NCBI GenBank assembly: GCA_036676395.1
Contig: JAKFCY010000002.1
Span: 32,001 to 96,000, forward strand
Reading direction: 5' to 3'
DNA: 64,000 nt
DNA from: Bdellovibrio sp.
Lineage (GTDB): Bacteria > Bdellovibrionota > Bdellovibrionia > Bdellovibrionales > Bdellovibrionaceae
In this document: one piece after another, positions 57,904 through 64,000 of the stretch
Layout of the letters: every line of letters starts with the position of its first letter
How positions within the stretch are numbered: position 1 is the first letter of the stretch
Translations under genes and position numbers: made by a program
The notes under the pieces: model-generated
What the model was told of the DNA's origin: nothing
Database searches by the model: none
What the model saw: only the letters and a program-made list of their open reading frames with translations

Positions 57904-58926
57904 ATGGTGTATTTTTCTATTTACGAATATTGGTGGTTTTATTTAGGCTTTATCGCCTTTGTCGCTTTCGTGCTATCACTTGATCTTGGAATTTTTCATA
58001 AAAAAGCTCATGTAGTTTCAGTAAAAGAAGCCGCGGCATGGACTGGCGTGTGGGTTAGTTGCGCCATCGTATTTAATATTCTTTTTTACTATTATTGCCA
58101 TTACGTACTTTCGCAGCGGGCTTCGTTGATGCAGTTGCCAGGGTTTGATCCAGAGCTGACGGCAAAAAATCTGGCCATGGAATTTACAACAGGCTTTTTA
58201 ATCGAGAAAGCTCTGGCTATTGATAATATATTTATATTTGCGGTGGTTTTTTCTTATTTCGGTATTCCAAGAATATATCAGCACCGCGTTTTATTTTGGG
58301 GAATCTTCGGCGCACTTATTTTTCGAGGTATATTTATCGCCATTGGTGCTGAATTAATGCAATACCAAAATGTCGTTATCTTTTTTGGTATTCTGCTTAT
58401 TGCTACCGGTATTCGTATGGTTGTCATACGCGAAAAAGAGCCCGATCTGAGTAAAAACTTTTTTTTGCGTCAAATGAATCGCTTTCTAAATATCGATCAT
58501 CAGTTATCCGGCGATCATTTTTTTATTAAAAAAGATCGCAAATGGTTTGTAACCCCATTATTTGTCGCTTTAGTTTCGATTGAGTTATCAGATATTATTT
58601 TTGCCATTGATTCTGTACCAGCCATTTTTGCGATTACTAAAGAGCCACTGATTGTATTTACCAGTAATGTATTTGCGATTTTAGGTTTACGTTCGATGTA
58701 TTTTTTATTATCCGGGGCAATTGATAAATTTAAATATATCAAATATGGATTAGCCGGTGTCCTGGTTTTTGTCGGTTTGAAAATGACCGTGCTAAATAAT
58801 TATTATAAAGGGCATTTTCCAGTCTGGTTGTCTCTGGTAATAATTGTTTTAATTTTAACAATATCAATTATTGCTTCACTGGTCCTCGACAAAAAACCAA
58901 TTACTTCGACTAAGGTCTTACGCTAA
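57904..58926 (+). CDS. TerC/Alx family integral membrane protein
   Basis: EKALAIDNIF, QHRVLFWGI, DIIFAIDSVPA, SNVFAILGLRS. Confidence 0.93.
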   Translation: MVYFSIYEYWWFYLGFIAFVAFVLSLDLGIFHKKAHVVSVKEAAAWTGVWVSCAIVFNILFYYYCHYVLSQRASLMQLPGFDPELTAKNLAMEFTTGFLIEKALAIDNIFIFAVVFSYFGIPRIYQHRVLFWGIFGALIFRGIFIAIGAELMQYQNVVIFFGILLIATGIRMVVIREKEPDLSKNFFLRQMNRFLNIDHQLSGDHFFIKKDRKWFVTPLFVALVSIELSDIIFAIDSVPAIFAITKEPLIVFTSNVFAILGLRSMYFLLSGAIDKFKYIKYGLAGVLVFVGLKMTVLNNYYKGHFPVWLSLVIIVLILTISIIASLVLDKKPITSTKVLR

Positions 58927-59008
58927 ATAGCCAGAACATCTTGGATTTTGAATATCATTTTGATAGTCAAACTGACTCCCTATAGATTGAGAAAATGGGG
59001 ATTCTTAT

Positions 59009-60406
59009 ATGAAATCATTACTGACTTTAGGTTTGCTTGTTTTTTCTCAATCTGTTTTTGCCGGAAATTCTTTAAGCACAAAAATTCACAATCAATATGT
59101 CTCATTGCGTGCATTGGGGATGGGTAATGCTTTCACAGCCGTAGCCGATGATTATACTTTAATTATGTATAATCCAGCGGGCTTTGCGAAAAAGAAAAAT
59201 AACGAAATTCAATTCACGCTTTTGGGTGCTGGTGGCGCAAAAGAAACTATGGATTTTGCTAAAGATGTACAAGATGCCAGTGATACAGAAGGTTCAGACA
59301 CTGACAAAGCGAACGCTATTTCTACAGTTATTGATAAATACGCCGGCGACACGATGGGTGGCCGCTTTCAGGCTGCAGAAATGTTTTGGATCAGAAAACA
59401 CTGGGGTTTTGCTTTAATTCCGGTAGATCTTTCATTGGATGTCACTGTTGATAAACAACTTGGCCCAACAGTCGATTTAAATGTTATCAAAGATTCAACT
59501 TTAGCCATCGGTGGTGGTGGTGAAGTGAATAAAGAATTATCTTGGGGTTTAACTTTAAAAGGAATTCATCGTTTGCAAGTATCAGAAAAACTAGTGGCCT
59601 TACAGTTAGCGACAGAGCCTGATCTAGTTAGTGCAGATCGCGCAACAGAAGGTTTTGCATTAGATGCTGATGTCGGCTTTTTATATTCTCCGTCTTGGTT
59701 TAGTAAATCAGTAACAAAACGAGTTCCGGCACAAGCCTCTGCCACGGTAAAAGTTAAAAAAGCTAAGGCTCGTATAGAAGAAGCTAAAGTTCCAGAAACA
59801 GTAGGTGCTGATGGGTTAAGTTTAACCATTGATGGTGCTTCTGAAACAGTAAAAGTTGCGACTGAAACTGCTTCAGGTACTGTTGAAACAGTTTCGGGCA
59901 CGGCTGAAGTAAAAGAAGAACCAAAAGAAGACAAAAAAGAATCAAAAATGGTCGATGTTGTGGAAGAAACTTATCCACTTACTTTTTCATTCGTAGCCAG
60001 AAACGTTTTAGCATCAAACTTCGCAAAGCAAAAATTAATTAATAAAGATGCTACTGAGGCTCCAGAAAAATTAGAGCGCGTATTTGATATTGGTTCACAA
60101 TATGAATTCGCAACGTTTGGAAGTTTAACTTTACGTGCGATGCTTGATTTCAAAAATTTAAATCACCCGCAAGCTACAACAACAGCCAAAACCACACACG
60201 CTGGGTTAGAATTTGATTATTCACCAAGTGGCTGGTTTAAGGCGCAGTTCCGCGGTGGTATGAACCAAGGTTACTACACAGCGGGAACTACATTGCTTTT
60301 AGGATTTTTCAATATTGAAGCTGCGACGTATGGAGAAGAAGTCGGAACGGCTTCTAACAAGGTTGAAAACCGCATCTACGCCGCTAAGTTCGGAATGAAT
60401 TTTTAA
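59009..60406 (+). CDS. TraF-like / FadL-like outer-membrane beta-barrel
   Basis: Signal peptide, RALGMGNAFTAVADD...YNPAG, RGGMNQGY, C-terminal Phe. Confidence 0.75.
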   Translation: MKSLLTLGLLVFSQSVFAGNSLSTKIHNQYVSLRALGMGNAFTAVADDYTLIMYNPAGFAKKKNNEIQFTLLGAGGAKETMDFAKDVQDASDTEGSDTDKANAISTVIDKYAGDTMGGRFQAAEMFWIRKHWGFALIPVDLSLDVTVDKQLGPTVDLNVIKDSTLAIGGGGEVNKELSWGLTLKGIHRLQVSEKLVALQLATEPDLVSADRATEGFALDADVGFLYSPSWFSKSVTKRVPAQASATVKVKKAKARIEEAKVPETVGADGLSLTIDGASETVKVATETASGTVETVSGTAEVKEEPKEDKKESKMVDVVEETYPLTFSFVARNVLASNFAKQKLINKDATEAPEKLERVFDIGSQYEFATFGSLTLRAMLDFKNLNHPQATTTAKTTHAGLEFDYSPSGWFKAQFRGGMNQGYYTAGTTLLLGFFNIEAATYGEEVGTASNKVENRIYAAKFGMNF

Positions 60407-61098
60407 TTAGGACAAGGTAAGCCGGGCCATGCAGCGGCACCTAATTTATATTTTAAACAAGTACCTACGTCCGCTGCTGAGTTTTCAGCTAAGGCTTCGC
60501 CTAATTCACCACAGAATTCTTGCAAAGCTTCGCCGCTGCCACTTTGGCCGGAACAGCTGCTTGTGTAAGTCGTTTGAACTAAATCGCCTAATACAGCTGC
60601 TGGAATTGAAGATACTGCAGTTGAAAAGTCAGCCGGAGTTACTGCTGATGGATCAATAGCTTTAGCTAATGTTGAAATCTGAACTAATGAACTTAACTGA
60701 GAATAAACAGCAATACCTGAGTCATTACAAACTTCAAAAGCTGCTGCTGATTGCACAGAATTGGAAAAGCTTAATTCAGAAATCATATTCATTGAGCTAG
60801 TGCCGCCTCCACTTTCAGCAGCTTCAATAGCGTCAATTAAAGCTGTCGGTGATCCAAATCCTTCTTCGATAAAGTAAGCGGCACACTTTAACTGCGATGC
60901 TTGTTCTGTATTAATAGCTGATAATTTTGAAACGCAACTCTGCGCCGTGGCTGTTGTCGCCGTATTTAAACACATCTGCGCATCTTTAATGGTGTCTAAT
61001 TCACTCTCTTTGGTACAAGAAGTAAATGTTATAACAGTCATTAATGCAGTTACAGAAATAAGTATCGAAGTTTTTGTTGCAGTAGTTTTCATATTCAT
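60403..61098 (-). CDS. Hypothetical Cys-rich lipoprotein
   Basis: Start at 61098 or 61092; lipobox FTSC; multiple Cys; helical. Confidence 0.7.
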   Translation of the reverse strand: MNMKTTATKTSILISVTALMTVITFTSCTKESELDTIKDAQMCLNTATTATAQSCVSKLSAINTEQASQLKCAAYFIEEGFGSPTALIDAIEAAESGGGTSSMNMISELSFSNSVQSAAAFEVCNDSGIAVYSQLSSLVQISTLAKAIDPSAVTPADFSTAVSSIPAAVLGDLVQTTYTSSCSGQSGSGEALQEFCGELGEALAENSAADVGTCLKYKLGAAAWPGLPCPN

Positions 61099-61105
61099 TG
61101 TCCTT

Positions 61106-61750
61106 TTAAGCTGCTGACTTTTCATCAGAAGTTTTGTCAATAAGGTCGTCATTGGCATCTTTGTTTTTATAAACTTTTTGTAATTCAAATAATGAAGCGA
61201 AGCTAATTGGTTCTGGTACTAATATTTTTGCACGGCGATCAAAGTTATTATAACGGCTGGCGTGTTTACTTAAGGCTTTACTAACCATAACCATGTCGTT
61301 AATTAAACGCACGATATTGATTTCGTTTTTGAAATCAGTGCCCATAAAATCACATTTATCTGTATCGACTGCAGCTACATGTGCAGCTTCAGAATTTTTG
61401 TCGACATTTGCTAAATCAATAAAGCTATTAATTTTTCTGCAGAGGTCGATGTAATCCTGAAAGTCTGAGTTTTTTTCGAAACTTAAATCTGACAATTGCG
61501 TTAAGGTAATGTCGATGGGCTCACCCGTAGCAATACTTGCTGGGTATGTGGCTCTGAAACGCTTGGCTTTCTTTTTCACACGGTTTTTTAGATTGATTCG
61601 AAAGGCTGCCATTTTGGCTTCAACTTTTGAAATTTCATCGCGCAATGTGCGCTTTTTCATGCTTCGTAAAACATGCAAGACGATAAAGGTTCCAAAACCC
61701 ATAATCGTGATTTTAACTATTAAGCCGAGTAGAACTAATATGCCATCCAC
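61106..61750 (-). CDS. Hypothetical membrane-anchored protein
   Basis: GTG start, N-terminal TM followed by a basic helical segment. Confidence 0.65.
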   Translation of the reverse strand: MDGILVLLGLIVKITIMGFGTFIVLHVLRSMKKRTLRDEISKVEAKMAAFRINLKNRVKKKAKRFRATYPASIATGEPIDITLTQLSDLSFEKNSDFQDYIDLCRKINSFIDLANVDKNSEAAHVAAVDTDKCDFMGTDFKNEINIVRLINDMVMVSKALSKHASRYNNFDRRAKILVPEPISFASLFELQKVYKNKDANDDLIDKTSDEKSAA

Positions 61751-61907
61751 ATCTAATTCATCGGTTTCTTAGAGGTGAATATTTAATGCAGAATTCTTAA
61801 AATCAGGGGCCCTGCCATTAAAGCTCACTTTGAAACAATTTTTGTACAGTGACGATAAGTTTGACAGTGTTTGGCTGCTCAGACCCTCTTAAAATGAGAC
61901 GCTCATT

Positions 61908-61922
61908 TGGCTTAAGATGTGC
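61908..61922 (+). promoter_or_regulatory. Sigma-54-like promoter (weaker -12)
   Basis: TGGCTT-AAGAT-GTGC, 50 bp upstream of ATG 61972. Confidence 0.45.
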
Positions 61923-61971
61923 TTTGTAGTTCCTCGTTGAAGTTTATTAAAACCAATTGAGGGATTAGATT

Positions 61972-63123
61972 ATGAAAAAATTAAACGTTAAAGCAGCACT
62001 TGTTTTATCATTATTGGCTTTCTCTGCCTGTGATAAAGGTGGCGGTGGCTCAAGTACTCCACAAGTCGTGGGTGTGCCTGGTGTAACGCTTAGACAATAT
62101 AATGTGGTTGCCGGTCAAAACTGTAATGTTAATGGCGACAATACTTATGTATGTACTGAAAACGGCCGCTCAATCGGTAATATTGGTTACAGCAGCTTAC
62201 AAAATTTTTGTGAAGTCTTAATGAATGATCAAGCAAATGGATATGTGGCTCGTTACACGCGTCAAATGATGTATCAAGAGCAATGTTCTGGAGCGCAAAA
62301 TAACGGTTTTTGTGGTGCTGGCGCAGTTATGCAAAATGGCGTTTGTGTGAATAACAACGGAAACTTTCCGGGCACAATTAATCCAGGCAACGGAACTATT
62401 ATCAATGATCCAAATATGAAATCAGTATCTTGCCAACTGTATGTTAAAAAAGGCAATACGATGGGTGATACAGGTTTAATGAATGTACAAGTTATTCAAA
62501 ATAACCAATCTGGAGTAAATATTTTTGCGTTTACTAACGCTCAGTACAAAAAGAAATTTTTGGGCTTCATTAATGTACAAGGTAATAAATTTTCTAATTC
62601 TGAAAAATTAGCTAACGTAAAAATGTATTACACTAAAGAAACCGGTAAAGCTGATATGATCAAACTAGAAGCTACTGGAGTTGATGGAGAGTTAAGCGCG
62701 TCAGTAACTGGTTTTGCTGGTTCTGAAACTAAACTTGAGATCGCACCGCAAGATGAATACAGCGATGCAACAACACTTGGAATTTCTTGTGTGGCTCAAG
62801 GAGCTACAACTGGTAATGCTCAAGCTTACAAAGCTTACCGTTGTAAAGGTGAAGAAAAAGATGGAACTAAAGTAACTAAAATTGATTATGCAAGCCCCTA
62901 CAATGACGACATTATGAATCTGTCATTTGATTTAAGTAAGTCAGCAAAGTTACACACTGAAGGATCTCTTGCTACAGACGCAGGAACGGCAACGTTCGAG
63001 CAAATCGCACGTTACGGAATTGACTCTTCAGTTAGCACAAAATCAAACATCACCACGCCATCGTCTGTGAGTGTTCGTCGTGCAAATTACAAATTAAATG
63101 TTGAGTGTAAACCAGTTCAGTAG
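61972..63123 (+). CDS. Hypothetical Cys-containing lipoprotein
   Basis: Lipobox FSAC; GAGG RBS; paired Cys residues. Confidence 0.75.
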   Translation: MKKLNVKAALVLSLLAFSACDKGGGGSSTPQVVGVPGVTLRQYNVVAGQNCNVNGDNTYVCTENGRSIGNIGYSSLQNFCEVLMNDQANGYVARYTRQMMYQEQCSGAQNNGFCGAGAVMQNGVCVNNNGNFPGTINPGNGTIINDPNMKSVSCQLYVKKGNTMGDTGLMNVQVIQNNQSGVNIFAFTNAQYKKKFLGFINVQGNKFSNSEKLANVKMYYTKETGKADMIKLEATGVDGELSASVTGFAGSETKLEIAPQDEYSDATTLGISCVAQGATTGNAQAYKAYRCKGEEKDGTKVTKIDYASPYNDDIMNLSFDLSKSAKLHTEGSLATDAGTATFEQIARYGIDSSVSTKSNITTPSSVSVRRANYKLNVECKPVQ

Positions 63124-63169
63124 TTGTTAGTGGTCTGGTCTTTCGACCTAAAATTCGATGAAATTAAAC

Positions 63170-63197
63170 AAAGGGTCTTAGCAATAAGACCCTTTTG
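63170..63197 (+). terminator. Intrinsic terminator
   Basis: AAAGGGTCTTA-GCAA-TAAGACCCTTTT. Confidence 0.75.
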
Positions 63198-63269
63198 TCG
63201 TCTTATTGCGTTAAATATCTGTATTGACCATAAAATTCTAAATTCCTAGACTTAAACGATAGCAACTAG

Positions 63270-64000
<731 letters not shown>

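Noticed and set aside
59009..60406. Conjugative element suggested by the TraF-like gene
   Set aside because: No other tra, relaxase or integrase genes in the window
1021..62456. Numerous 60-170 aa antisense or alternate-frame ORFs in the track (e.g. 14170..14646, 29148..29603, 45184..45687, 59566..59934)
   Set aside because: They lie within well-supported genes, and I saw no motifs or other support for them

Overview
AT-rich (roughly 40% GC by eye), gene-dense bacterial chromosomal window. The MreB N-terminus ([24 protein letters not shown]) and the many orphan lipoproteins and beta-barrels suggest a Bdellovibrionota organism; this is an inference. I saw no rRNA, tRNA, CRISPR array, transposase, integrase or phage genes. 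Content: about 65 CDSs, including FtsH, two pirins, OmpA, beta-carbonic anhydrase, a NodIJ-like ABC exporter, FabH, YcaQ/AlkZ, YchJ, TerC and a partial mreB. There are three signalling clusters: an RR + twin porins + small periplasmic binding protein + kinase operon, a kinase/kinase/CheY/Gly-rich surface protein operon, and an NtrC + Hpt + hybrid kinase group. A general-stress-type island spans about 40.9-52.5 kb. The main unannotated signal is a set of 13 sigma-54-type (-24/-12, GG-N10-GC) elements in intergenic DNA, each facing a downstream gene. They include three back-to-back divergent pairs and cluster around the NtrC-family activator, together with a recurring quasi-palindrome that may be its binding site. 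They point at stress genes, three tiny orphan ORFs and a possible small RNA or attenuated leader. Other points of interest: a sensor kinase that appears to need an ATC start codon, a copper-amine-oxidase-like protein with an altered cofactor motif, and an orphan LysR-type box upstream of a pirin. All family calls come from motif recognition only; no searches were run.
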